51,875 nt of DNA, taken from the IMG/VR virus record IMGVR_UViG_3300045996_000640, positions 1 to 51,875 of that record. The stretch is one strand, 5' to 3'. A program made the translations under genes and the position numbers. Shown here piece after piece: positions 36,341-46,000 of this stretch (its first letter is position 1; every line of letters starts with the position of its first letter). Below the pieces are notes generated by a model. The model was not told the DNA's origin, did no database searches, and worked only from the letters and a program-made list of their open reading frames with translations. The stretch is from a virus. Taxonomy: Duplodnaviria; Caudoviricetes.

Positions 36341-36743
36341 TTCGCGCGACAACATCGGCGGCGCGTTCGGCGTGCTGCTCGCGCGGCGGTTGCGCGCGGC
36401 CGGAATGAGCCAACAAAAGGCGAGCACACGCGCCGGGTTCGACCATAGTTATTTCAGCCGCCTTATCAGCGGGTCGAGGATGCCAACCGCAAAATCGGTG
36501 AATCAAATCGCCGACGCGCTCAACTGGACAGTGAATCAGCGGCGTACGGCAATGATGGCGGCGGGATTCCTGCCGGATGACGCGCTACGGGCGGTCGACG
36601 CCGATCTTATCGAGCTTGTCGATGCGCTGGCGCGCGTCGAGGCGCACGATCCGGTATGGGCCGAATCGGTACGGGACAACACGCGGGCGCTTACTAACAC
36701 GGCGAACAGGCTTGCCGATATGTACGAAAGGGTTCAGCAATGA
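36333..36743 (+). CDS. XRE-family HTH regulator
   Basis: FG.LL...LRAAGMSQQK...AGFDHSYFSRL.SG.R.P...IADAL. Confidence 0.85.
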   Translation: MSNSRDNIGGAFGVLLARRLRAAGMSQQKASTRAGFDHSYFSRLISGSRMPTAKSVNQIADALNWTVNQRRTAMMAAGFLPDDALRAVDADLIELVDALARVEAHDPVWAESVRDNTRALTNTANRLADMYERVQQ

Positions 36744-37162
36744 ACGGGAAACGATTGTTCACGCCCGCAGATCGGGCGCTATGGATGGCCGAGGTCGAGC
36801 GCAATATCGACAAATTCGAGGCGGCGGTCGCGCGCGAGATACCCGAATTCGATCGCGCGGAATTCGAGGATTCCCAGGATATCGGCGAGCTCGACGCATT
36901 CGACCTCGACGCCATGCTAACGGCGGGCGGCATCCTAAAGGCGCAACTACGCCGGTATGCGTTGACCATTATCCCGTCGAATATGTGCGGGTGCAATACC
37001 TGCATTCAGCGCCGAAATATCCTGATGCGCGAGTACAACGAAACCGCCCAGGCGCTACGGGCGATCCAATTGGTGATCAGCAATAACGGGATCGTCGGCA
37101 TGGCTGCCGATCGGGATAAGCATTTCGAAGCCGAGCCGCCGCCGATCTGGGCGCTCAACTGA
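36740..37162 (+). CDS. Hypothetical protein
   Basis: Start motif at 36730. Confidence 0.8.
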   Translation: MNGKRLFTPADRALWMAEVERNIDKFEAAVAREIPEFDRAEFEDSQDIGELDAFDLDAMLTAGGILKAQLRRYALTIIPSNMCGCNTCIQRRNILMREYNETAQALRAIQLVISNNGIVGMAADRDKHFEAEPPPIWALN

Positions 37163-37668
37163 TGGGCGCGCCCAGGCTAAGCCCGATGGTACGCGAGGCG
37201 TTGCGCGAGCTCGCCGACGAATTGACGCCGCAGCACACGGCAACCGACGGCACGATCGACCGCAAACGCCTGGCGGTCGACGTGCTGCGGGCCGCGCGCT
37301 CGAATGTCGCGGTCTATAGCATGCTCACGGCCGAGGGCCGCGCGATCGCGGTTGACTCATTCATTGCGGATCTGTACCGGGATCGGCGGCAGAAAGTGAC
37401 GATCGCCGGGCGCGAAACGTCGGTACGCGAAACCTATGCCGTGCCGCATCCTGGCGGCAAGTGGGTAACGAAATCGATCGACGCGCTTACGGCCGATGAT
37501 ATGGTGCTAATCGAGCGGCACATACACGCCGAGGCGATGACGCGCCTACGGGCGGCGAAAGATATCCGCACGCTGCGCGGGTTCGAAACGAGCGACGCGG
37601 CGCAAATGCAATTGGACGACGGGCCGGTATCGGCCGAGGAAGGGGTTCAGGATGACGAAACCGGATGA
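37162..37668 (+). CDS. Hypothetical protein
   Basis: TGATG overlap. Confidence 0.75.
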   Translation: MGAPRLSPMVREALRELADELTPQHTATDGTIDRKRLAVDVLRAARSNVAVYSMLTAEGRAIAVDSFIADLYRDRRQKVTIAGRETSVRETYAVPHPGGKWVTKSIDALTADDMVLIERHIHAEAMTRLRAAKDIRTLRGFETSDAAQMQLDDGPVSAEEGVQDDETG

Positions 37669-37915
37669 CACGATTTTTGCCCGTACGCATTGGCAGCACG
37701 TGCAGCTATGGGAATCGCTCGGCGGCGCATGGAACGCATCGGCCGTAAAGAAAAGCCAATACGGCGACGTTGACGCGCTGCGGGTCAAGCGCAAGACGAA
37801 AGACGATGCCCAGGCGGCGCTACTGGTGCTCATGAAACACGTTGATGCCGAGGCGCGGCTCGCCGGTAAGATCGCGGCGGCACGGGCGGCAATCCACGCC
37901 GACGATGCGAAATGA
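37652..37915 (+). CDS. Hypothetical protein
   Basis: Start motif at 37643. Confidence 0.75.
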   Translation: MTKPDDTIFARTHWQHVQLWESLGGAWNASAVKKSQYGDVDALRVKRKTKDDAQAALLVLMKHVDAEARLAGKIAAARAAIHADDAK

Positions 37916-38259
37916 GGGGCGATCCCAGGAACCCGAGTGAAACCGCGTTTCGCGGCACGGTGATCGAGGCCGCCGAACGCCTAGGCTGGAAAGTGTGGTC
38001 GATCAACGATTCGGTATACCGGGCGCTGATCGTCGCGGCGCGCGAGCTCGGAATTCATTTCATGCCGCCGAAAGCCGGGCTGCCTGATCTGCTCATGGTG
38101 CGCGGCGATCGGCTGCTATTCGCCGAGCTCAAAAGCAACACGGGCACGGTTCGGCCGGATCAGTCGGATTGGCTCGACGCGCTCGACGGCGTGCCATGCG
38201 TGGAAGTGTTCACGGTTCGGCCGCGCGATTGGGATTGGTTCGCGCCCGTGCTGCAATGA
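37912..38259 (+). CDS. VRR-NUC (PD-(D/E)xK) nuclease / resolvase
   Basis: SE..F...V...A...GW...GLPDL...FAELKS..G....Q..WL..L. Confidence 0.9.
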   Translation: MRGDPRNPSETAFRGTVIEAAERLGWKVWSINDSVYRALIVAARELGIHFMPPKAGLPDLLMVRGDRLLFAELKSNTGTVRPDQSDWLDALDGVPCVEVFTVRPRDWDWFAPVLQ

Positions 38260-38288
38260 TTGACGCGGCGTGCCGCGCGGTGTAACAT
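38260..38288 (+). promoter_or_regulatory. Sigma70-like promoter P7
   Basis: TTGACG-N17-TAACAT; spacer ends GGTG as in P2-P6. Confidence 0.6.
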
Positions 38289-38324
38289 GTACGAAACGGT
38301 ACTACTGAGCGAAAGGGGTTCAAA

Positions 38325-38663
38325 TTGGCTGCACCGTCGAAACTAACCGATGCGCAATGGGCGCAAGTACGCGCGTGGGAGAACGAAGGGCGGCCGCGCC
38401 CGGAAACCGCGCGGTTGATCCTCGATCACTACGGCGTGTCGATCACGCGCGAGGCATTATCGAATCGGCTCGGGCCGCGCAAACCCGCATTCGGCCGGGC
38501 CGAGGGCACGCGCATTTTCAAAACGTACCTCACCGACGAACAGATCGAGGAATTGCGCAGCCTGGCGCGCGGGTTCGGATTGCGCGACGGATCGCCCGAC
38601 GGCAACATATCGAGCCTGCTACGCGGGATCGCCGACGGCAAGTACGCCGTGAGTGTTGCGTAA
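38325..38663 (+). CDS. DNA-binding protein (HTH + ribbon-helix-helix-like)
   Basis: KLTD.QW..V...G......A......YGVSITR.AL; YLTDEQ.EELR.LA....NISSLLR.IA; TTG after GGGTTCAA. Confidence 0.7.
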   Translation: MAAPSKLTDAQWAQVRAWENEGRPRPETARLILDHYGVSITREALSNRLGPRKPAFGRAEGTRIFKTYLTDEQIEELRSLARGFGLRDGSPDGNISSLLRGIADGKYAVSVA

Positions 38664-38956
38664 TGGCTGCCGTCGATCAGGAACACGCCGACGATTGGAA
38701 AGATCCCGTACCGCGCAAGCCGCGCGGCGTAGAAGGCGGAACGCGGCGAGATTTGCGAATGCGCCGGGCGTACCTAATTTCCCGGCTCGCCGATATCGAT
38801 CGCGAGCTCGCCAAACCGGAACGCGACCGCGACGCGATCGCCTCGAGCGATCCCGCGAGATTTTGCCTGGCGAGCACGGTATCGCCGCCCGATGTGTACG
38901 CCTCGGCGTATTGCAACGGATATCGGCGCTGCATGTCGGATATACTTGACAGGTAG
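38663..38956 (+). CDS. Hypothetical protein
   Basis: TAATG overlap. Confidence 0.65.
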   Translation: MAAVDQEHADDWKDPVPRKPRGVEGGTRRDLRMRRAYLISRLADIDRELAKPERDRDAIASSDPARFCLASTVSPPDVYASAYCNGYRRCMSDILDR

Positions 38957-38975
38957 TGACTACAGGGTGTAAACT
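38946..38975 (+). promoter_or_regulatory. Sigma70-like promoter P8
   Basis: TTGACA-GGTAGTGACTACAGGGTG-TAAACT. Confidence 0.8.
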
Positions 38976-39028
38976 ACACGTATGAGGTTGATCGATCGGC
39001 GATCACCTAAAGCGAAACGGGTTCAGAC

Positions 39029-39325
39029 ATGAGCGCACAGGAATCGCGGATTTTCTCCCAGGTCGAGGCGATCGGCCGCAAGATCGGCGAGGCTGAGGTT
39101 TACGGCGACGCAACCGCAATCAAGCGCGAGCGCGCCGCCGCCAAAATGGCCGTTTCCGACTACGCGAAAAACGAAGCGTTCCTCGATCGGGCGCGCTGGT
39201 TTTATGCCGAGGGCGTGCGAACCGGCCGGGTCGAGGCTCAGCGGCAGCGCGAGGAACGCCGCCGCGAGCTCAGCGAGTCGCTCATGTCGGGCTACGGGCT
39301 CGCGGGCGGCGGGCGCAACTGGTAA
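39029..39325 (+). CDS. Hypothetical early protein
   Basis: Start motif at 39019. Confidence 0.8.
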   Translation: MSAQESRIFSQVEAIGRKIGEAEVYGDATAIKRERAAAKMAVSDYAKNEAFLDRARWFYAEGVRTGRVEAQRQREERRRELSESLMSGYGLAGGGRNW

Positions 39326-39385
39326 GGATTCAACGGGCGGCCGCGATCGGGCGGCCGCCCAGGATCGCAAGCGGAAGGGTTCACG

Positions 39386-39622
39386 ATGGCAGCAATTGCG
39401 GATTTGACAACTGAGGAAGTACAGGCGCTAAAGCAATCATGGGATACCGCGACGGCGGCGCATCGCGCGTACGTCGAGGCGCGGCCGCGTACCGGCAAGA
39501 TTTGCCCAACATGCGGCGGCGCGGGCGAGATACCGCCGCCGAGGGGTGCAAAGGTTGGGCCCGATTACGTCGGGCCGGTATGCGTTCGATGCGATGGGAT
39601 CGGCAAGGATCCGCGCTGGTAA
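39386..39622 (+). CDS. Small protein with DnaJ-type CxxCxGxG repeats
   Basis: CPTCGGAG, CVRCDGIG; GGGTTCAC start motif. Confidence 0.8.
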   Translation: MAAIADLTTEEVQALKQSWDTATAAHRAYVEARPRTGKICPTCGGAGEIPPPRGAKVGPDYVGPVCVRCDGIGKDPRW

Positions 39623-39681
39623 ACATTCGAACAGCGGGCGGCGATCGTGCCGACTGCCTCGATCAACGAAAGGGTTCAGCA

Positions 39682-40149
39682 ATGCCGAGTCAAGTAAACC
39701 GCGAGCTCGATTGTCCGATGTGCGGCGCGATCGTTTCACAAAAGCAATTCAAGGCAATCAAGCCGTACGATTGCTGGATTTGTCAGGATTGCCGCGATGT
39801 AAACATATTCCGGGCGCGGCACGGGCGGCCGCCGCTCGAAATGGGCGCGCGCAAGCCGAAACCGGCCGAGGCCGATCCGCAGCAAGTACCGCTGCACGAA
39901 CTGCCGGGCATGGGCCCGAAACTGTATGTGGACATGATCGCGGCCGCTGAGGTATTGGGCGATGCGCGCGACGATTACGCTAACGCTGAGCTTACCGTTG
40001 ATGCGTACCGCGATGCGCTCGCGGCTGTGGTCGATCTGCGCGATCAGGCGGCGCACGATTGGCGGGCAGCCCGCGAACGATACGAGGCCGCCGAGGCGGC
40101 ATATAAGTCGGCGGCGGCGGCGGCAGGAAATGAGGCGCAGCATGAATAA
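39682..40149 (+). CDS. Zn-finger + coiled-coil protein
   Basis: CPMC...CQDC; start motif at 39672. Confidence 0.8.
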   Translation: MPSQVNRELDCPMCGAIVSQKQFKAIKPYDCWICQDCRDVNIFRARHGRPPLEMGARKPKPAEADPQQVPLHELPGMGPKLYVDMIAAAEVLGDARDDYANAELTVDAYRDALAAVVDLRDQAAHDWRAARERYEAAEAAYKSAAAAAGNEAQHE

Positions 40150-40363
40150 CGATTGGGGCGCGGGATCGAACGGGTTACGCATCGCGTGCAAGCCCAGGCG
40201 CGCCGAAATCGGCGACAACGGCCGCACGGTCTACCGCAAGAATCCCGCGCCCTACTCGATCACGGTCAACGATGAAACGATCGAACTTACGGCAGCCGAG
40301 GCGCGCGATCTGGCGATATGGCTGCAAGCGTTCCTGATTCGAACAGGGCCGCAGATTCAGTAG
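40142..40363 (+). CDS. Hypothetical protein
   Basis: GAGG RBS; LT.AEARDLA..L C-terminus. Confidence 0.7.
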   Translation: MNNDWGAGSNGLRIACKPRRAEIGDNGRTVYRKNPAPYSITVNDETIELTAAEARDLAIWLQAFLIRTGPQIQ

Positions 40364-40375
40364 AAAGGGTTCAGG

Positions 40376-40924
40376 ATGGCGATTAAGTATCACGATATCA
40401 GCGCGAGCCGATCCGAGAACGGCGAGGTTGTCGAGCGGGTCGAATTCATCGATGGAGATTCCGCCTGGTGGTATGGAACCTATCAGGGCGGCCGGATCAA
40501 AACGACCGCGCAAGTCCGCGTACGCCTGGGCGTGACCGAGGATGAGGGCGTGTTTTTCTCGCATCCAAAAAGTCAATGGGCGAGCGTGCCGCTATCGGCG
40601 GTCGAATTCAAGCACGGCGATCGCTGGATCGATCGGCACGCATTGCGAAATTCGCTGTACCGCAAGGGCAAGCAAGCCGAGGGCGGCGCTGAGCATCGCG
40701 CGATCATCGATCTGGCAACCGCGTTTACCGATGCCGTGCTGGAGGCCGATCCCCATATCTTGCACCGGGCGCAAATTTCCTGGCATCGCGAGCGGAAAGC
40801 CGATTACGACCGCAAGGCCGAATCGGCCGATGGGGCGATGCGCGCCGCAATCGAAAGTAGCGAAAAACATGCCGCTGCGATCGCCGAGCTCGAGGCCGGA
40901 TACACGAAAGGAACGATCGAATGA
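40376..40924 (+). CDS. Hypothetical protein
   Basis: Start motif at 40367. Confidence 0.8.
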   Translation: MAIKYHDISASRSENGEVVERVEFIDGDSAWWYGTYQGGRIKTTAQVRVRLGVTEDEGVFFSHPKSQWASVPLSAVEFKHGDRWIDRHALRNSLYRKGKQAEGGAEHRAIIDLATAFTDAVLEADPHILHRAQISWHRERKADYDRKAESADGAMRAAIESSEKHAAAIAELEAGYTKGTIE

Positions 40925-41376
40925 GGGTCTATCTTGCGGCGCGCTATTCGAGGCGCGAGGAATTGGCGGGCTACCGCGAGCGACTACAGGCGGCCGGGCA
41001 TGAGGTCACGTCGCGATGGCTCAACGGCGATCACCAAGTATCCGACGCCGGGCTCAACCTCGGCGACGATCCCGAAGCCGATCAATTCACGAAAGCCGAA
41101 CGCGAGCGGTTCGCGCTCGAGGATATGGCCGATGTGATTGCGGCCGATATGTTGATCGCGTTCACGGAACCGCCGCGCAGCACGGCGAGCCGAGGCGGGC
41201 GGCATGTCGAATTCGGGTTCGCGCTCGCGCAAGGAATGCTGATAGCCGTAGTCGGGCCGCGCGAAAACGTGTTCCATTGTTTGCCGGGCGTGATGCAATT
41301 CGATACGTTCGATGCGTTCCTGCAATTCGGAACGCGGCCGTTGCCAATCGTTGACACGGCCGCCGAGCCGGGCTAA
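40921..41376 (+). CDS. Nucleoside 2-deoxyribosyltransferase-like / nucleotide N-hydrolase
   Basis: VYLAA...ED..DV..AD.LIAF......GG.HVEFG.A.A. Confidence 0.8.
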   Translation: MRVYLAARYSRREELAGYRERLQAAGHEVTSRWLNGDHQVSDAGLNLGDDPEADQFTKAERERFALEDMADVIAADMLIAFTEPPRSTASRGGRHVEFGFALAQGMLIAVVGPRENVFHCLPGVMQFDTFDAFLQFGTRPLPIVDTAAEPG

Positions 41377-41415
41377 TCTAACCGAGCACCTATTCCCCAA
41401 AATTGGCGCAACATG

Positions 41416-41445
41416 AAACCGGCAGGCCGATCCTGCCGGTTTTGT
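41416..41445 (+). terminator. Intrinsic terminator ending the early region
   Basis: AAACCGGCAGG-loop-CCTGCCGGTTTT. Confidence 0.8.
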
Positions 41446-41548
41446 GTGCGCGCCGATCGCATTTGCGCTACGCTACGGAGAATGGCGGCGGGCGTGTGCT
41501 TTTTTGAGTCGGGAGGATACGCCCGTTGCCTTTACCAAAGGGGTTCGC

Positions 41549-41749
41549 ATGGACATGGACACATTCGGGCGGCCGTATCGTATCGCTGGATTCGTCGAGA
41601 AACGCGACGCCGCAACGGGCGAGCTAATCGCGGTCGATCACGACGAATCAACCTGGTATGAGGCAGACGGCACGCCCGTTACCGATTCCGCCCGAATCGC
41701 TGAGCTCGAAGCCGGAACGGCCGGGCGTGAAAGGAAGCAAACCGAATGA
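41549..41749 (+). CDS. Hypothetical protein
   Basis: AAAGGGGTTCGC-ATG; preceded by hairpin 41484-41530. Confidence 0.75.
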   Translation: MDMDTFGRPYRIAGFVEKRDAATGELIAVDHDESTWYEADGTPVTDSARIAELEAGTAGRERKQTE

Positions 41750-42162
41750 ATCTCATGTTTGCGCTTGCGCTCGCGCTGGCGACGATGCGCTATGCGCTCA
41801 CGACGGCCGGTAAATCGCTGATCGCCGCCCGCCTGGTGGGCACATCACTTGCGGCCGTCGACGCGGCAAACGGGCATATCGGCGTCGGCGATAGCTCAAC
41901 CGCGTTCGCCGTCGGGCAAACCGATCTGGTCGCCGCAACGAATAAGTTTCGAAAGATCCTCAACGCCGCGCCGGGATTGTCGGGCGCAGATATGACATTT
42001 GTTGCCGTGTTCGCATCGGGCGAGGCGAATTACGCATGGAATGAAATGGGCATTTTCAATCATGCGAGCGCCGGTACCATGCTCAGCCGCAAGGTTATTT
42101 CCCAGGGCACGAAGGCAAGCGGGCAGGTTTGGACGTATACGGTAGTGGTCACGGTCGGGTAA
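41746..42162 (+). CDS. Virion structural protein (tail-collar/fibre-base-like fold)
   Basis: LT.AG..LIA....HIGVGD......QTDL...F..GEAN..WNE.GIF....G.ML.RKV. Confidence 0.75.
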   Translation: MNLMFALALALATMRYALTTAGKSLIAARLVGTSLAAVDAANGHIGVGDSSTAFAVGQTDLVAATNKFRKILNAAPGLSGADMTFVAVFASGEANYAWNEMGIFNHASAGTMLSRKVISQGTKASGQVWTYTVVVTVG

Positions 42163-42189
42163 ACCGAACCGAGATTCGATACTGATGCA

Positions 42190-42223
42190 GGGCGGCGGGG
42201 GATTCCCTGCCGCCCGTTTCGTT
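42190..42223 (+). terminator. Putative terminator/attenuator after 41746
   Basis: GGGCGGCGGG...CCCTGCCGCCC followed by GTTTCGTT. Confidence 0.55.
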
Positions 42224-42233
42224 GAGGTGAGGT

Positions 42234-43055
42234 ATGCCGCAGTACGCACGCCCGAGCGCCGATATCACGTTAGGCGGCTGGTCGAATCAGGCGGGCGCAA
42301 CCGCGAGCCTGTTCGCCTCGATCGACGAAGTTACCGCCGACGATGCCGATTTCGTGCAATCGAGCCTAACCGCAAACGACGCCTATGAATGCCGGTTGTC
42401 GACCGTTGCGGCGGCGCTCATTCGGCGCGGGCATATCGTGCGCTATCGCGGTCGGAAAAACGCGGCAGCGGGCAACACGCGCGGCGTAACGGTCGAGCTC
42501 AGGCAGGGCGCGACGGTGATCGCGAGCAACACGCATGCCGATCTAACCGCGCTCATGCTCGACGGCGCGATTGTGCTCACGCCGGGACAAGCGGCGGCGA
42601 TCACCGATTACACGAACCTACGCATTCGATTCGCGGCAACCGGCACGGTATCGGGCTCGGGATCGGTTCGCCGCCGCGTGGTCATTACCTGGGCGCAAGT
42701 GCGGGTACCCGATGCGACGTTCGGCGCGATCGAGGATACGAGCACGCCGGGCGTTTGGCGCTACACGCTCAACGGGTTTACCGGCACGGGCGCAACCCGC
42801 GAGGATGCACTAGTCGATCTGTTCACACAGATACGCGACTCGAATCCGGCCGATCCGGTCAACGATCGCCGCTGGACATACGTGTACTACGCGCGCAAGA
42901 TCCGCGACTATACGGCGATTCGCGCGGCGATCGTCGCCGGAACCTACACGGATTCGCAGCACCTAACGCAAGCCGAAAAGCTCGCGATCGTCGACGCAAA
43001 GCTCGCCGGATTCGATTCGATCACGGCGGCGGCGGATAGTGAGGATGGCGGGTAA
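42234..43055 (+). CDS. Putative virion protein
   Basis: GAGGTGAGG RBS; jelly-roll-like RP..D....W...L...IDE...DD.D...DY.NLRIRF pattern. Confidence 0.7.
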   Translation: MPQYARPSADITLGGWSNQAGATASLFASIDEVTADDADFVQSSLTANDAYECRLSTVAAALIRRGHIVRYRGRKNAAAGNTRGVTVELRQGATVIASNTHADLTALMLDGAIVLTPGQAAAITDYTNLRIRFAATGTVSGSGSVRRRVVITWAQVRVPDATFGAIEDTSTPGVWRYTLNGFTGTGATREDALVDLFTQIRDSNPADPVNDRRWTYVYYARKIRDYTAIRAAIVAGTYTDSQHLTQAEKLAIVDAKLAGFDSITAAADSEDGG

Positions 43056-46000
43056 TGGCACCTGTAACGGTTCTTGCCAATTCCCGAAATAGCTACTACT
43101 CAGCCGGGAATATCGGCTGGTCGGCTACCTCGGCGTTCGCCTATCGGACGCATCTACAGCAATTGATCGGAACGGCGGCAACGTCTTTCGGGAACACCGT
43201 CGCTACCGAACGGTTCGCGCAGTCATTTACACCAACAGCGAATGTTTCCCTTACCGAATTTATGGTCGCGATCTTCAAAGCAGGAACGCCGACCGACAAC
43301 CTATCACTCGCCGTTTACGCAGAGACAACGGATGCGCCCGGCACATTGATCGCAACGGCGGCCAATGTGTATACCGGGGCGAATATCTCTACGTCTGCAT
43401 CATGGTTAGAGTTTGGATTCTCAACTCCCGTCGCGCTTACCTCCGGCACAAAATATTGGTTTGCGCTCTACCGAAGCGGCGCGGTTGACGGCACGAATTA
43501 CTACCGAATAATGCGCACGACGACTAGCGCGTATGCCGGTCATGGGTCGACGTATTACGACACCGGGGCATGGTCGGGGTTCGTCGATCCCGACGTAGAC
43601 GTTGCTTTTCAGCTCAAGGTCGTTACCCCTTCCGCGCTCTATCAGCTTGCGCAGGATACCGGGGTATCACCGAAGCTGCGCATGTTCAAGTCAACAAACG
43701 ATGGGGTTAGCTGGTCGGAAGTCGATAGCGCAAATGCGCCGAGCGTCAACGCCGGAACTGCGCCGTTCGATGGATGCGATACCCGTTCTGGTCCGTATAT
43801 CGGGGCCGCCTATTTCATCGACGCCGACTCTATTCGCATGCGCGCATTCAACATGTCATCCGACACATGGGGCGGCGATCTACAGTCGGCAGACGCTACA
43901 GGCGCGGTAACGGCAAGTCAAGAACGGTCGATTCGGGTTGCGATTGACAATAGATTTGTAACCGCCTCGCACGGATCGCAGTACATCCAATTTACGAGCC
44001 TTGCCGACGACGCGGACCTCGGATTCACAACGCGGTCGACTATAGCCTGGACCGCAAACGCAACAGCGGTATTCTCCGGGAACACGACTGAGGCATCGCT
44101 AAACTCAGCGGTTGTCGTTGACAAAGCACCGCACGGGTATGTGCATCGCTTCTACTACGATCCCGTGGGCGACGACTACACGATGATTTCGGTTAATTTC
44201 GGCACGACCGGAATAGCCACTGACATAGAGGCAGCCGCAACCTCGACCGAAACAGGTCACATTTCCGCTTGCTATCAGATTTACCAAAACGGCTCCGGGG
44301 TCGATACCATCGTCGCCGCGTACATGGATAACCTTTCGGTAAAGGAGCGCATCCTCACGCTCGAAGCGACGAGCGCAAGCGTGGCGATGGCGGCGGAGGC
44401 GGAAACAAATATCAATACTGGCGCGGCTGGAAGGCAGGTATCGACTTGCTCCTTCAACGGGACGCGCTACGTCGCCGCGAATGTCTCCGGCGCGGTTTTC
44501 CAGTATTCCACAAGCACCGTCGCCGGGACATGGAGTAGCGCGAGTAACTTCAAAACCGGACTTACGAGCGCAACGCTAAGCAATGTCCTGAGCATCGAAG
44601 GCTACGGGCTGCTTGTTTCCTATACCGACAACGGCGATACAAAAGTCGATTGGATCGTCGCGCCGAGCGGCGGATCGACGCCGGTAAACGATACCGACAC
44701 GATCGCGCCCACGCTCAGCGAGGCCGATACCCTTGCCGCCGCGATCCCGGATACCGAAACAATCGCGCCGACGCTTACCGAGGTCGAGGCGGTTTCGAAG
44801 GTCACGAGCGATACGGAAACGATCGCGCCGACACTGAGCGAGGCCGATACCGTCGCGGTCGCGCTCAGCGACACGGATACGATCGCGCCCACGCTTACCG
44901 AAGCCGAAGCAATCTCGATCACAAAAGACGATACCGACACAATCGCGCCCACGTTGAGCGAGGCGGAAACCCTCACGGCCGCGATCCCGGAAACGGAAAC
45001 AATCGCGCCGACGCTCAGCGAGGTCGAGGCGGTTTCGAAGCTCACGAACGATGCCGACACGATCGCGCCAACAATCGCCGAGGCCGAAAGCCTGGCGGCA
45101 ACCGCGAGCGATGCCGAGTCGATCACGCCGACGCTGAGCGAGGCCGATACCGTCGCGCGAACCGGCAGCGATACCGATACCCTTGCGCCGACGCTTACCG
45201 AAGTCGATACGGTCGCAATAACGGCCGTAGACGTTGACACGATCGCGCCCACGCTCGCCGAGGTCGATAGCGCGACTATTACCCTATCGGATACCGAAAC
45301 CGTCGCGCCTGGGCTATCTGAGGCCGATAGCGTCGCCGCCGTGCTCAGCGATACGGAAACGATCGCGCCCACGCTGAGCGAATCGGAATCCTATTCCGAG
45401 GGCGTAACGCCGAAAGACGACACGGAAACAATCTCGCCCACGCTCGCCGAGGTCGATACCGTAACGGTTGCCGTAACGGATAGCGACACAATTTCGCCGA
45501 CGCTAACCGAAGTCGAGAACACCGCCCAGGCGCACAACGACGCCGATACGATCAGCCCGACGCTCACCGAGGCCGAAACCCTAACCGCTGCAATCAGTGA
45601 GGCGGAAACGATCGCGCCGATCCTGGGCGAAGGCGACGCGCTCACGGCGGCGCTCAGCGAAACCGACACGATCGCGCCGGTTCTATCCGAGCTCGAAATC
45701 GTCGGGCAATCGAAATCCGATACCGACACGATCGCGCCGACGCTGAGCGAGGTCGAATCGTACGACGATGGCGTAACGCTGGTAAACGATTCCGACACGA
45801 TCGCGCCGACACTGAGCGAGGCGGAAACCCTCACGGCAACGGCGGCCGAAACGGAAACGATCGCGCCGACGCTCACCGAATCAGAATCGGTACTGAAAGA
45901 AATCCCGAAAAACGATACCGACACGATCGCGCCGACACTGAGCGAAACCGAATTGCTCGCCGCCGCGATTGCCGATGCCGACACAATCGCCGCGATCATT

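Noticed and set aside
36333-36743. XRE protein as CI repressor indicating lysogeny
   Set aside because: Co-oriented within the replication operon, no divergent promoter or peptidase domain, and no integrase
6155-39682. Upstream starts in the ORF track (6155, 6795, 7215, 7396, 24852, 28548, 31297, 38357, 39439)
   Set aside because: They cross promoters, terminators or upstream genes; downstream starts with an RBS or the GGGTTCAG motif fit better
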